From: an uncultured bacterium
GTDB taxonomy: Bacteria > Eisenbacteria > RBG-16-71-46 > CAIMUX01
Length of the DNA stretch: 64,000 nucleotides
NCBI GenBank assembly: GCA_964631125.1
Contig: CAZVYN010000003.1
Span: 19,060 to 83,059 of the forward strand
Reading direction: 5' to 3'
The translations under genes and the position numbers were made by a program. Position 1 is the first letter of the stretch; the number at the start of each line of letters is the position of its first letter. This document shows positions 33,939 through 47,674 of the stretch, in pieces. The notes under the pieces were generated by a model. It was not told the DNA's origin. It saw nothing but the letters and a program-made list of their open reading frames with translations, and did no database searches.

Positions 33939-34244
33939 ATGGCGCACAAAAAAGGGGTCGGCAGCTCACGCAACGGTCGCGATTCGAATTCGCAGCGACT
34001 GGGTGTGAAGCGGTACGGCGGTGAGTTGGTCACGGCCGGATCGATCCTCGTGCGTCAGCGCGGGACGAAGTTCCATCCGGGGGTCAACGTCGGCATCGGG
34101 AGCGACGACACGCTCTTCGCCAAGGTCGACGGCCATGTCCTCTTCAAGCCGAAGGGGCGCGACAGGAAGCAGATCGTCATCGTTCCGCTCGAGCCGGCTG
34201 GCAAAGAGGCAGTGCCGAGCGAGGCAGTGCCGAGCGCCAACTAG
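33939..34244 (+). CDS. rpmA: 50S ribosomal protein L27
   Basis: [24 protein letters not shown]...[13 protein letters not shown]. Confidence 0.98.
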   Translation: MAHKKGVGSSRNGRDSNSQRLGVKRYGGELVTAGSILVRQRGTKFHPGVNVGIGSDDTLFAKVDGHVLFKPKGRDRKQIVIVPLEPAGKEAVPSEAVPSAN

Positions 34245-36055
<1,811 letters not shown>

Positions 36056-36065
36056 GAAGGAACTC

Positions 36066-37702
<1,637 letters not shown>

Positions 37703-37706
<4 letters not shown>

Positions 37707-38578
37707 CTCCGCCCACCGGTTCCAATCCTTCGCCCCGCTTCCTGGGACGCGCTCTCGCCGCCGACGAGTTGTTCGTCATCGCGGGGCCGTGCGTGCTCGA
37801 GGGGGAGGTCATGGCCTTCGAGATCGCCTCGCGGCTGCGTGAGATCACCACGCGCCTGGCGGTGCCGTTCGTCTTCAAGGCCTCGTACCGCAAGGACAAC
37901 CGATCGGCCGAAGAGTCCTTCACCGGGCCGGGACTCGACGAGGGGCTCGAGCTGCTCGCGCGCATCAAGCGGGAGCTCGGCGTCGCGATCTTGACCGATG
38001 TGCACACGCCGCAAGAGGTCCCCGCCGTCGCCGCCGTCGCCGATGTCGTGCAGATTCCCGCGTTCCTCTCGCGCCAGACCAGCTTGCTCCACGAGGCGGC
38101 CGCGTCGGGGCGAGTCGTCAACGTGAAGAAGGGGCAGTTCCTGGCGCCGGAGGATATGGCGCGCGTCTTGGGCAAGCTGCGCTCCGTAAGTCCGAACGGC
38201 GAGGTCTGGCTGACCGAGCGGGGCGCGAGTTTCGGCTATCACAACCTGGTCGTGGACATGCGTTCGTTCCCGGTCTTGCGCGCGCTCCCCGCCACGGTCG
38301 TGCATGACGTGACGCACTCGCTGCAGCATCCCGGAGTCGGCGGCGACCGTCGCTTCGCGCTCCCGTTGGCCCGCGCGGCGATCGCGGCGGGGGCGCACGG
38401 CCTCTTCTTGGAGACGCATCACGATCCGGACAACGCGCTGAGTGACCCGACCACGCAGTTGCCGCTCGACGGCATCGAGGCGTTCCTGGCCGAGATGAAG
38501 GAGTGGCGGGCGCTCCAGGCGCGCTATGTCGACCGGCCTGATCCGGTCGCGTTCCCCCGGACGAGGCCATCGGCGTGA
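37703..38578 (+). CDS. kdsA: KDO8P synthase
   Basis: IAGPCVLE, FKASY, QIPAFLSRQT, NVKKGQFLAP, TERGASFGY, DVTHSLQ. Confidence 0.95.
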
Positions 38579-39600
38579 AGGCGATCGACCTGGTCGCTCT
38601 CGGCCGCGAGGTCTTGAAAGACGAGATCGAGGGTCTGCGCAGTCTGGAGCCGATGATCTCCAGCCCCGAGTGGGCGCGCGCGGTCGAACTCTGTCTCGGC
38701 TCTCGCGGCCGGATCCTCGTCAGCGGCGTGGGGAAGTCGGGACTCGTCGCCCAGCGCATCGCCGCGTCCCTCCGCTCGACCGGCACGCCGTCGGTTTTCT
38801 TGCACCCGACCGACGCGGTGCACGGCGACCTAGGACTCGTCGATCCGGCCGACGTCGGACTCTTCCTGAGCAAGAGCGGAGAGACCCCCGAGCTCATGCA
38901 ACTCGCCCCACTCTTCCATCGGATCTCGGTTCCGTTCGTCGCCATCGTGGGGGAAGCGCGCTCACAGCTCGGCTTGGTGGCGGATGTCGCGCTCACGCTG
39001 GGTCCGTTGCGCGAAGCGGGGCCGCTGCGCAGCGTGCCGACGACCAGCGCGCTCGTCTTCCAAGCCGTGGGCGACCTGCTCGTCACCTCCCTCTACGCCA
39101 GTCGCGGATTCGGAGAGGGCGATCTGGCCTTCCTGCATCCGGGGGGACTCATCGGCCAGAACGTGACGCGACGCGTCTCCGACGCCATGCGGGCGGGCGC
39201 GCGCGTTCCTCGGGTCGCGCCCGATGCCTCACTCCGCGCCGCCATCGTCGAGATCATCGAGAAGAAGTTGGGCATGACCACGGTGGTCGACGCAGGCGGA
39301 GTGCTCGTCGGGATCCTGACCGACGGCGATCTGCGCCGCGCCATGCACCGACACGATCGCGTCGACGGCCTGCGGGTCGAAGAGGTGATGACGCGCGATC
39401 CGCGCACGATCGAGGCGGAGGCATTCCTGGCCACGGCGGTCGAGCGGATGGAGAACAACCAGCGCGGTCCGATCACCTGCCTCGTGGTGGCCGACGCGCA
39501 GAGGCGGCCGGTCGGGGTGCTGCACCTGCACGACTGTCTGCGTCTCGTCTCCGGCGCGGCGCCTGCCGCGAGTCCCGCCGCGGCGCCCACCGTCCGGTGA
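38575..39600 (+). CDS. kdsD: arabinose-5-phosphate isomerase (KpsF/GutQ family, SIS + CBS)
   Basis: GVGKSG, STGTPSVFLHP, HGDLG, SKSGET, PTTS, HPGG, TDGDLRR. Confidence 0.93.
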   Translation: MKAIDLVALGREVLKDEIEGLRSLEPMISSPEWARAVELCLGSRGRILVSGVGKSGLVAQRIAASLRSTGTPSVFLHPTDAVHGDLGLVDPADVGLFLSKSGETPELMQLAPLFHRISVPFVAIVGEARSQLGLVADVALTLGPLREAGPLRSVPTTSALVFQAVGDLLVTSLYASRGFGEGDLAFLHPGGLIGQNVTRRVSDAMRAGARVPRVAPDASLRAAIVEIIEKKLGMTTVVDAGGVLVGILTDGDLRRAMHRHDRVDGLRVEEVMTRDPRTIEAEAFLATAVERMENNQRGPITCLVVADAQRRPVGVLHLHDCLRLVSGAAPAASPAAAPTVR

Positions 39601-40571
39601 AACGCCCCACCTGGTGGCGAGCCTCGAGACGAGTTCTCCGATTCTGGGCGTTATCCGTTGTCCTGGAATCAGTTGGCTACATGCCGAGATCCGCCGCGCG
39701 AGGCCTCGGTCGCGGTCTCGGTCGGATCGCGTTCACGGTGGCGCGCCGACAGCGGCGCCGGGCGCTGGCCCACCTCGCGCGTGCGAGGCCCGACCTCACG
39801 TCGGCCGAAGCGGTCGTGGTGGCGAGCGACGCCTTCTCCTGGATCGGCCGCGCGGTCCTCGATCTCCGACTCGCCGAGGCCCGCGGAGTTTCCTACGTGC
39901 TCGAACCGTTGCGAGTGGAAGGCGAGGAGCACTGGCGGACCGCGACCCGCGACGGCCGCGGCGTGCTTGCCTGCACCGCGCACTGCGGGAACTGGGAGCT
40001 GCTCGGCGCCGCCATCGCGCGGCGCGGCCGCGCCGTTTCGGTGCTCGTGCGTGCGCCGCGCGAGGTGCGCCTGGCGCAGCGACTCGACCGATTGCGTCGT
40101 TCGTTCGGACTCACCCCGCTCTCGCTCGATGCGGGATTCCTCACCGCGGTGCGCGCGCTGCGGCGCGGTGAAGTGCTCGGCGTACTCTTCGATGCTCCGG
40201 CGCGGGGCCGTTCGCTCCCGTGTCGCTTCTTGGGCGGGTCGCGCCCGTTCGCGCTCGGCGCCGCGAGGCTGGCCGCGCTGGGGGACGCCTCCATCCTGCC
40301 CATGGCGTTGTGGGGGGGAGAAGACGGCGGCTATCGTCTCCGATTCTTCGAGCCGTTCGAAGCGGCCGGCGTGCGAGAGTCTCGAGGAGCACACGACTTG
40401 CGCGACTCGCACGACTCGCACGACTCGCGCGGGCGACGAGTGCAGGGAGATGTCGTCGAATGCACCGCGCGATTGGCCGCGACCTTGGAGGAAATGGTTG
40501 CTGCGGTTCCTGCGCAATGGCCCTGGTTCGAGGATCCCTGGCCCGACTCGGCGCCGCGGGGAGATCGCTGA
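39597..40571 (+). CDS. lipid A biosynthesis acyltransferase (LpxL/HtrB family)
   Basis: AHCGNWEL, ALRRGEVLGVLFD, PAQWPW; Kdo cluster context. Confidence 0.85.
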   Translation: MKRPTWWRASRRVLRFWALSVVLESVGYMPRSAARGLGRGLGRIAFTVARRQRRRALAHLARARPDLTSAEAVVVASDAFSWIGRAVLDLRLAEARGVSYVLEPLRVEGEEHWRTATRDGRGVLACTAHCGNWELLGAAIARRGRAVSVLVRAPREVRLAQRLDRLRRSFGLTPLSLDAGFLTAVRALRRGEVLGVLFDAPARGRSLPCRFLGGSRPFALGAARLAALGDASILPMALWGGEDGGYRLRFFEPFEAAGVRESRGAHDLRDSHDSHDSRGRRVQGDVVECTARLAATLEEMVAAVPAQWPWFEDPWPDSAPRGDR

Positions 40572-40576
40572 CACCG

Positions 40577-41151
40577 ATGCCTAGCCGCAGTCAGAGTGGA
40601 GTCTTCCTCGCGGTCAGGTTCGCGGCGATGATGGCGGGAATGCTCGCGGCCTGCGCGCAGGAGACGGTTCCGCCGCCGCCGCCCGTCGACCCGACCCTGC
40701 GCGTGCCCCAGCAGGTGTTGGAAGGGGTGCGGCTCGTGCAGAACGAGACGGCGGGACCGAAGTGGGCGCTGGAGGCTTCGCGCGGCGTCTCGTATGGACC
40801 TCGCGAGCCGATCGCGCTGGAGGACCTGCAGATCGAATTCTTCGAATCCGACGGGACCGTCGGTTCGGTGCTGACCTCCAAGCGCGGCGACATCGACCGC
40901 GACGCCTCTCGCCTGATCGCGCGCGATTCGGTCCTCGTCGTGACGAAAGATGGTGATCGGCTGGAAACAGAGAGTCTCGACTGGAATCAGCGGTCGCAGA
41001 AGATCTCGACCGACCAACCGTTCCGTCTCTGGCGGGGGCGCGATGTGCTGACCGGCGTCGGCATCGAGACCGATCCGGATCTGCGCGCCTACACCATCCT
41101 CCACTCGGTTCGCGCCACGGTGCTCTCCGATCCGCCCTTGGAGGAGCAGCC

Positions 41152-41155
<4 letters not shown>
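40577..41155 (+). CDS. lptC: LPS export protein LptC
   Basis: N-terminal anchor; [22 protein letters not shown]; upstream of lptB. Confidence 0.8.
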
Positions 41156-41940
<785 letters not shown>

Positions 41941-41982
41941 ATCGTCATCGACCTTCAGCCCGGGGCTCCATCCGCCGAGGAG

Positions 41983-43425
41983 ATGTGGAGAATGCAGTCC
42001 AGGGCTCGCCTCAGTACCTCGCTCCGCACCGGGTTGCGCCTCACCCCCGGGGTGCAGCTCGCGCTGAAGTTCCTCCAGGTCCCCACGCTCGAGCTGGAAG
42101 CGTTGGTGCGCCACGAGTTGAGCGAGAATCCGGTGCTCGAGATCGCCGACGAAGGGGCGGACGGAGCGGTGGCAGCGGGTGAAACGCCCCTGGACGAGGC
42201 GCCCGAGACGAACGACCCGCCGGCGCCCGCGGCCGCCGATGCGCCTCCGCCGGATTGGACCGACTATCTGCCGCGCTACGACGACACCGGCCCCGGTGAG
42301 TCGGAGGATTTCGAAGGGCCCGACGAGGATCGGGGGCGAGCCGCACGCGTCTCGCTCCAGCAGGGCATCGCCGAACAGCTCGGCGCCGCTGCGCTCACGC
42401 CGCGGCAACTGGAGCTGGCCCAACTCCTGGCCGGTTGCCTCGACGACCGCGGCTACCTGAGCGTTTCCCTGGAGTCGATCGCCGAATACGCGAAGGCGCC
42501 GCTCGAGTCGATGCGCGAGGCGCTGGGTTTCCTGCAGTCGCTCGATCCACCCGGGCTCGGCGCCCGCTCGCTGGCCGAGTGTCTCGCGCTCCAGCTCCAG
42601 GCCCACGGCCTCGAAGGCGCCTTGCCGTATCGGATCGTGACCGAGCAGTTCGAGCATCTGGCCGCGCACCGAACCTCGGCGCTCGCCCGCGCGCTGCGCG
42701 CGACTCCAGCGCAGATCGAAGAGGCGTGCGCGCGCATCCGCCAGTGCCACCCCGCGCCCGGCCGGCTGGTCGGGTCGGAGGAGGTGCGTTACATTCACCC
42801 CGACCTCGTGGTGGACCAGGTCGGCGCGGGATTCGAAGTCTGGCTGAACGATCGTCATGTTCCGAGGCTGCGACTCGATCCGCATTGTCGACGTCTGTTG
42901 GCGGGGCAGGGAGCTCGAGAGGCGGAGGCGCGCGCCTATTTGCAGGAACGACTCCGCTCCGCGCGATGGATCGTGCAGGCGCTCGACCGGAGGAGGGACA
43001 CCATGCTCCGGGTGATGCGCTGCATCGTGAGTGAGCAACGGATGTTCTTCGAGCACGGGATCTCACATTTGAAACCGATGACGCTGCAGACGGTGGCCGA
43101 CAAAGTCGGTCTCCACGAGTCGACCGTGGCCCGCGTCACCCACGGCAAGTATGTCCAGACCCCGCGCGGTCTCTTCCCCTTGAAGTTCTTCTTCTCCAGT
43201 CGCGTGCGCACCTCGCACGGGGCCGATATCTCCGCCCGCTCCGTGCGCGCGCGCCTCCGCGCCCTGGTCGCGCTGGAGGATCGCGGCCGGCCGCTGGCGG
43301 ATGACGAGATCGCCGCCCTCCTCGGGCGGGAAGGCATTCGAATCGCGAGACGGACGATCGCGAAGTACCGTGACCAACTGGGAATCGAGCGCGCCTCGGT
43401 CAGACGCCGACGCTGTGTTGGCTAG
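41983..43425 (+). CDS. rpoN: RNA polymerase sigma-54 factor
   Basis: ELSENPVLE, PGLGARSLAECL, HESTVAR, RpoN box ARRTIAKYR. Confidence 0.96.
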   Translation: MWRMQSRARLSTSLRTGLRLTPGVQLALKFLQVPTLELEALVRHELSENPVLEIADEGADGAVAAGETPLDEAPETNDPPAPAAADAPPPDWTDYLPRYDDTGPGESEDFEGPDEDRGRAARVSLQQGIAEQLGAAALTPRQLELAQLLAGCLDDRGYLSVSLESIAEYAKAPLESMREALGFLQSLDPPGLGARSLAECLALQLQAHGLEGALPYRIVTEQFEHLAAHRTSALARALRATPAQIEEACARIRQCHPAPGRLVGSEEVRYIHPDLVVDQVGAGFEVWLNDRHVPRLRLDPHCRRLLAGQGAREAEARAYLQERLRSARWIVQALDRRRDTMLRVMRCIVSEQRMFFEHGISHLKPMTLQTVADKVGLHESTVARVTHGKYVQTPRGLFPLKFFFSSRVRTSHGADISARSVRARLRALVALEDRGRPLADDEIAALLGREGIRIARRTIAKYRDQLGIERASVRRRRCVG

Positions 43426-43458
43426 GCGCTGTGTCAGCTAGGAAGGGAGTCCCGGAGC

Positions 43459-44001
43459 ATGGAGATCACGACGACGGGTCGGCGTTACAAGATCACGCCC
43501 GACGTCCGCGAGTACGCCGAGAAGCGGATCCAGAAGCTCGAGCGATTCTTCGATCGGATCCAGGAAGTGCACCTGGTCCTGGCCGAGGAGAAGTATCGCC
43601 AGATCGCCGAGCTCGCGGCGCATGCGGGCGGCAGTGAGTTCATCGCGCGCGTGGAGAGCGCCGACATGCAGCAGTCGATCGATCGCGCGGTCGATCGCAT
43701 GGAGACCCAGATCAAGAAGCACAGCGCGCGACTGAAGGACCGCAAGGTCCGTCGCGTGGTCGCGGCCGGCTCCATCGTCGAGGAGGCCGACCTGGACGAC
43801 GTCGAAGTCGAAGAGGAATTCTCGCCGGTCGTCGTTCGCTCGCAGCACTTCATCGCGATGCCCTGCTCGGTCGAAGACGCCATCAAGGAGCTGCGCGATC
43901 GTGACTGGGAGTTCGTGCTCTTCTCCAACGCGCGCAGCGGCAAGGCCGCCCTCGTCTATCTGAGGCACGACGGCAACTTCGGCCTCGTCGAACCGGAGTG
44001 A
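43459..44001 (+). CDS. hpf: ribosome hibernation promoting factor (long HPF)
   Basis: YAEKRIQKLERFF, SIDRAVDRMETQIKK, C-terminal YLRHDGNFGLVEP. Confidence 0.93.
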   Translation: MEITTTGRRYKITPDVREYAEKRIQKLERFFDRIQEVHLVLAEEKYRQIAELAAHAGGSEFIARVESADMQQSIDRAVDRMETQIKKHSARLKDRKVRRVVAAGSIVEEADLDDVEVEEEFSPVVVRSQHFIAMPCSVEDAIKELRDRDWEFVLFSNARSGKAALVYLRHDGNFGLVEPE

Positions 44002-44990
44002 GTCGACCGTTCGACGAGTCGGGCACCGTCCGCGCGCTCAGCGTGCCGGAACTCCTCGCGCGCGCCGGGACGCTCCTCCAGTTGGAGTGCCTGACCAGCG
44101 CCGAGGGGCGCGAGCCTCTGACCACGGCCGATCTGCATCGGCCCGGGCTCGTCTTCACGGGGTATCTGCAGAATTTTCCGGCCGCTCGGGTGATGGTGCT
44201 CGGGCGAGCCGAGCTGCTTTATCTGGACACGCTGCCGCCGGAACGACTGCGGGAGGCGCTCTCCTATTTCTTCTCGTTCGATCTGCCCTGCGTGATCATC
44301 TCGCGCGCTTGGGATCCGCCGCCGATCCTGCTGGAGATGGCGCAGGGCCGTCAGATCCCGGTGCTCCGTACGCCGATGCTGACGATCGACCTCCTGCACG
44401 AGCTGACCTCGCTGCTGGAGGATGTCTTCGCGCCGACCACCAGCACGCACGCGACCTTGGTCGACGTCTACGGCGTCGGACTGTTGATCACGGGACGCAG
44501 CGCGGTCGGCAAGAGCGAGTGCGCACTCGATCTGGTCGAGCGCGGCCATCGACTGGTGGCCGACGATGTCGTCTCGATCATGCGCAAACGCAGCGTGCTC
44601 CTCGGCAGCGGCAACGAACTCCTGCGCCACCGCATGGAGATCCGCGGACTGGGGATCATCGACGTGCAGTCGATCTTCGGCATCCGCGCGATCCGCGCCC
44701 AGAAGCGGGTCGAGCTCGAGGTCAACCTGCGCGACTGGGACTCGACCGAGAACTACGACCGCCTCGGACTGGAGGAGAAGCGCACCAGCTATCTGGGCCT
44801 GGAGATCCCGCTCGTTGTCGTGCCGATCTTCCCGGGCAAGAACATCACGGTGATCGTGGAAGCGATCGCGCTCAACTACCTGCTGAAGGCCTACGGCTAT
44901 GACCCCGCGCGCGACTTCAACGACCACTTGCTGGAGTTGATGCGGCGCAAGGCGAACCTGGCGGTGCTGGCGAGGGACGACCTCGAGTGA
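43998..44990 (+). CDS. hprK: HPr kinase/phosphorylase
   Basis: HATLVDVYGVGLLITGRSAVGKSECALDLVERGHRLVADD, MEIRGLGII. Confidence 0.97.
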   Translation: MSRPFDESGTVRALSVPELLARAGTLLQLECLTSAEGREPLTTADLHRPGLVFTGYLQNFPAARVMVLGRAELLYLDTLPPERLREALSYFFSFDLPCVIISRAWDPPPILLEMAQGRQIPVLRTPMLTIDLLHELTSLLEDVFAPTTSTHATLVDVYGVGLLITGRSAVGKSECALDLVERGHRLVADDVVSIMRKRSVLLGSGNELLRHRMEIRGLGIIDVQSIFGIRAIRAQKRVELEVNLRDWDSTENYDRLGLEEKRTSYLGLEIPLVVVPIFPGKNITVIVEAIALNYLLKAYGYDPARDFNDHLLELMRRKANLAVLARDDLE

Positions 44991-45361
44991 TTCGCGCCGT
45001 CTTGGTCACGCATGGTCGGCTGGGCGAAGAACTGCTCCGCATCGCGCAGAGTCTCGTCGGCGCGCTCGAGGGGATCGACGCAGTCTCCAACGAGGGTCTC
45101 TCGCTCGACGATCTCTTGGCGCGCATCGAGGAGAAACTCGTCGTGCACGAGGGCGAGGTCTGCCTCTTCACCGACCTCTTCGGCGGCAGTTGCCGTTTCG
45201 CCAGCGAGGCGGTGCGGCGTCGACGCGGTCGCTGCGAGGTCTTCTCCGGTTTGAATCTCCCGATGTTGCTCGACTTCGTCCACAACCGCGAGCGGCTGCC
45301 GTTCGACGAGTTGACCCTGCGGCTGGTCGAGAAGGGCCGGGAAGGGATCCGACGTCTGTGA
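44987..45361 (+). CDS. PTS mannose-family IIA component
   Basis: VLVTHGRL, FTDLFGGS, SGLNLPMLL. Confidence 0.9.
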   Translation: MIRAVLVTHGRLGEELLRIAQSLVGALEGIDAVSNEGLSLDDLLARIEEKLVVHEGEVCLFTDLFGGSCRFASEAVRRRRGRCEVFSGLNLPMLLDFVHNRERLPFDELTLRLVEKGREGIRRL

Positions 45362-45894
45362 CCGTTCGTTATCTGCTCTTCCGTGTCGATGATCGACTCC
45401 TGCACGGCCAGGTCACGCTGGGATGGGGGTCCCGCCTCCGTCCCCGCGCCTATCTCTTGGCTGACGATCGGTTGGCCGCCGACCCGGCTGCGGCCGCGCT
45501 CTACGAGTCGGCCGTCCCCGAAGGCGTCGCCGTGGTGATCCTCTCGGTGAACGCTCTCCTCGCCGCACTGGACGACCCCTCCGCGCGGGCGCGGCTTCCG
45601 CGGACCGAGGAGTCGATCCTGCTGGTCCGCACGCTCGCCGACGGCGTGACGCTCTTGCGCGCCGGCGTGAGTGGGCCGCTCGTCTTGGGCGGATTGCATT
45701 TCAGGGACGGCGCGCGTGAGGTGCTGCCGTACGCGTTTCTCTCTGCGGCCGACGCCGAGTTGATCGAGGCGCTCGCCCGCGAAGGACGAGAGTTGGTGGC
45801 GCACGATCTGCCGGGCAACGAGCGGGTCGGCTCCGAAAAACTGCGGGACGCGGTGCGTCGGGTCTTCGGCAGAATCGGAACGGACGCCGCGTGA
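45358..45894 (+). CDS. PTS mannose/sorbose-family IIB component
   Basis: RVDDRLLHGQVTLGW. Confidence 0.9.
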   Translation: MTVRYLLFRVDDRLLHGQVTLGWGSRLRPRAYLLADDRLAADPAAAALYESAVPEGVAVVILSVNALLAALDDPSARARLPRTEESILLVRTLADGVTLLRAGVSGPLVLGGLHFRDGAREVLPYAFLSAADAELIEALAREGRELVAHDLPGNERVGSEKLRDAVRRVFGRIGTDAA

Positions 45895-47405
45895 CGGCGC
45901 TGCTCCTGGTTTTCGTCGCGCTGTTGGCGCTCGGGGCGCTTGTCTCGCTCGACGAACGGGTCTTCGGTCCCCTGCGTCTGCAGCAGCCGTTGGTCGCCGC
46001 GACCGTCGCGGGCGCCTTGGTCGGAGATGCGCGCGCCGGACTCCTCGCCGGTCTCGTGCTGACCGCGCTCTGGCCCGCGCTCATCCCCTCGGGCGGGAAT
46101 CTGCTCCCGTCGATCGGCCTCGGCGCCGTCACCGCGGGCGCGGTCGCCGCGGCCGGCGGACGGGTCTTCACCGATGCTCCCGGTTTCCTCGGTTCGGGCC
46201 GCGCGCTCGCGCTGGCCGTCGCGCTGGCCTGGTTGGTCGCGCTGGCCGGTCGCGAGACCGAGGCGTGGCTCCGTCGTCGCAATGAAGAACGCGAGGCGCG
46301 AGCGTTCGCCGCGCTGATCGGCGGGGATGCGGCTCTCGACCGCGCCGTTCGACACGCCGCCATCGACGCTCTGTTACGCGGATGGCTCCTCGTCGCGGCC
46401 GCGGCCTGCGCCGCCGGCATCCTCTTGCGCGCGTTCTCGGAAGGCGGGCCCGTCGGAGCGTCTCGGTGGGATCTGCTCGGGCACGCGTTGGTCTTGGGCG
46501 CGCTGGGCGGAGCGCTCGTCGACTGGGCGCCGCGCGTCGGTCGAGTTCTCTCGCGAGTCACCAACGTCGCGCCCGTGTCCGGGTCGCCGCTCGGACCTCT
46601 CGCCGTCGTCTCGCAGGGACGTCCGCGTGCTTCTCAGGCCCGACTGCTCTGCCTCGATGCTCTCTACAATCCGAGGGGCCAGCAAAGAGGAGGAATCTAC
46701 CGCGCGCTCGCGCCGAGCTTGTCGGCGCCCGCCCGCGAAGAGGCGCGGCAGTTCCTCGCGGCGCGCAGTTTCCAAACGCATGCGTCGCTCTCGGGCTACG
46801 TTCTCGGACCGGTCGCCTCGGCCGCCGAGGCGCGAACGGGTGAAGCGCTGGAGGTCGCACAGGCGCTGCACGCGCCGGTGGTTTCGGGCGTGGGGGACCG
46901 GTTGTTCGCCGGCGCCGTCCATCCCGCGCTGGCGTGGGCGGGGGCAACCATCGGCCTGATCGCACTGTCTCTCTTCCACGCCTCGGCGCCGAACTCGGGA
47001 CTGCTCTCACTCACGCTCGCCGCGCCCGCGGTCGTCTGTGTGGCGGGAGCAGGGATCGCCGGGCGATACTGGCGTGGGCGGAGTTGGCGCGTGGGAGTCG
47101 GGGGCGAGGCGAACGTCGCCGCGGAGTTGCGGACGCGGCCGTGGGCCCGCTGGACTCGAGGCGCGGACTTGGTCGCCGCGCTGGCCGGCGCGGTTGCGTT
47201 CGCGGTCGTGGCCTGGAATCTGACGGAGTTCGGCGGGACTTTGGAGATCGCCTTCCTCACTCTGGGAGGCGCGGCCGGCGCTCTGGCGGTGCGAGCCGGA
47301 CTCGGCCCGCTCGCGCAGGCCGGGCTCGTGGGGGGCGCCGTGTTGACCGCGGCGGTTCTCGTCGCAATCGGCGGGGGAGGAGGACCGTGGTCGAGCGGCA
47401 GGTGA
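45891..47405 (+). CDS. divergent fused PTS mannose-family IIC/IID membrane protein
   Basis: N-half QPLVAATVAGALVGD...IPSGG (IIC-like); C-half YNPRGQQRGG, FQTH, PVVSGVGDRLF (IID-like). Confidence 0.65.
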   Translation: MTALLLVFVALLALGALVSLDERVFGPLRLQQPLVAATVAGALVGDARAGLLAGLVLTALWPALIPSGGNLLPSIGLGAVTAGAVAAAGGRVFTDAPGFLGSGRALALAVALAWLVALAGRETEAWLRRRNEEREARAFAALIGGDAALDRAVRHAAIDALLRGWLLVAAAACAAGILLRAFSEGGPVGASRWDLLGHALVLGALGGALVDWAPRVGRVLSRVTNVAPVSGSPLGPLAVVSQGRPRASQARLLCLDALYNPRGQQRGGIYRALAPSLSAPAREEARQFLAARSFQTHASLSGYVLGPVASAAEARTGEALEVAQALHAPVVSGVGDRLFAGAVHPALAWAGATIGLIALSLFHASAPNSGLLSLTLAAPAVVCVAGAGIAGRYWRGRSWRVGVGGEANVAAELRTRPWARWTRGADLVAALAGAVAFAVVAWNLTEFGGTLEIAFLTLGGAAGALAVRAGLGPLAQAGLVGGAVLTAAVLVAIGGGGGPWSSGR

Positions 47406-47674
47406 CGGTGCGGAACTATCCGGGAATCCATCTGCACCCGGCGGATCTCTTCGTCCGCAAGGCGTCGAAATTCAAGGCGGAGATCCAGATCTCCAACGGG
47501 CAAATCACCGTGAACGGAAAGAGCATCATGGGCGTCCTCATGCTCGCGGCCGAGACCGGCACGCTGCTCACGCTGCGCGCGAACGGCGCCGACGAGCAAG
47601 AGGCGGTCGACGCGCTCTTCGATCTGATCGATTCCAGATTCGGTGAGCTGGCCGAGCCGGGAAGAGGCGCGTGA
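47387..47674 (+). CDS. ptsH: phosphocarrier protein HPr
   Basis: GGAGGAGG SD; VRNYPGIHLHPA, NGKSIMGVLMLAA, ANGADEQEA. Confidence 0.92.
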   Translation: MVERQVTVRNYPGIHLHPADLFVRKASKFKAEIQISNGQITVNGKSIMGVLMLAAETGTLLTLRANGADEQEAVDALFDLIDSRFGELAEPGRGA

